A stretch of 64,000 bases of DNA from the NCBI GenBank assembly GCA_976551045.1, contig CDPCPM010000280.1, positions 1,488,001 to 1,552,000 of the forward strand, written 5' to 3'. Positions 63,676 to 64,000 of the stretch are shown one piece after another; position 1 is the first letter of the stretch, and each line of letters starts with the position of its first letter. Both the position numbers and the translations under genes were made by a program. Below the pieces are notes generated by a model, which saw nothing but the letters and a program-made list of their open reading frames with translations, had not been told where the DNA came from and did not search any database. Source of the DNA: Glaucostegus cemiculus. Lineage: Eukaryota.

Positions 63676-64000
63676 TGTAACATTAACGTGTGTGATGCAG
63701 AACCAGGAGTTTGTAAAACCCAGCACGAGGTGTTGCTTTAGTTGAAGAAAGGCAGTTATACATGGTGTTCTGGATCAATGCTACCATGTTTGATAGAATG
63801 CAGCATGTGTCCCATTTGCACAATGACTGATTTGATTTCATAGAAAATTGTACAAATGCACCATTGTAAGGACTCCTTTCTCTCAATTTAATTTTAAAGC
63901 AATAACCTCACCTTGATCACTATAGGAATAAGCATCTCAACTTTTGCACATTTCTTCTGCATTGTTGGATTTATAACCACCACATCACCCTTGAGTATAA

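Overview
This is vertebrate genomic DNA, not prokaryotic, with one assembly gap (30653-30939). The repeat content (V-type tRNA-derived SINEs, CR1/HER1-like LINEs, Rex1/Babar, Penelope-like and Deu-type SINE remnants) points to a cartilaginous fish. One complete gene can be built by hand: PEX10 on the + strand, with 6 coding exons at 53547-62987 giving 969 nt and 322 aa. All its introns are GT-AG, and it has the TLGEEY motif and a C3HC4 RING. Its CpG-island promoter lies about 2.5 kb upstream of the ATG and carries four inverted CCAAT boxes and a (GGC)10 tract, followed by a ~870-bp G-rich minisatellite. On the - strand, a 115-nt phase-1 coding exon (17155-17041) is most likely an alternative first exon of the divergent neighbour PLCH2; this rests on synteny and recalled similarity to PLC-eta N-termini. 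The last ~400 bp probably hold the 3' end of a convergent gene (RER1 by synteny). The rest is intronic or intergenic DNA full of nested retroelements, and most ORFs in the track are repeat-derived or spurious. I see no evidence of a novel protein system. The best leads are regulatory: a CpG-rich promoter-like element with an antisense splice donor inside PEX10 intron 4, several candidate PLCH2 promoters, and a diverged ~400-bp direct repeat. Repeat boundaries are approximate and family names were assigned by eye.
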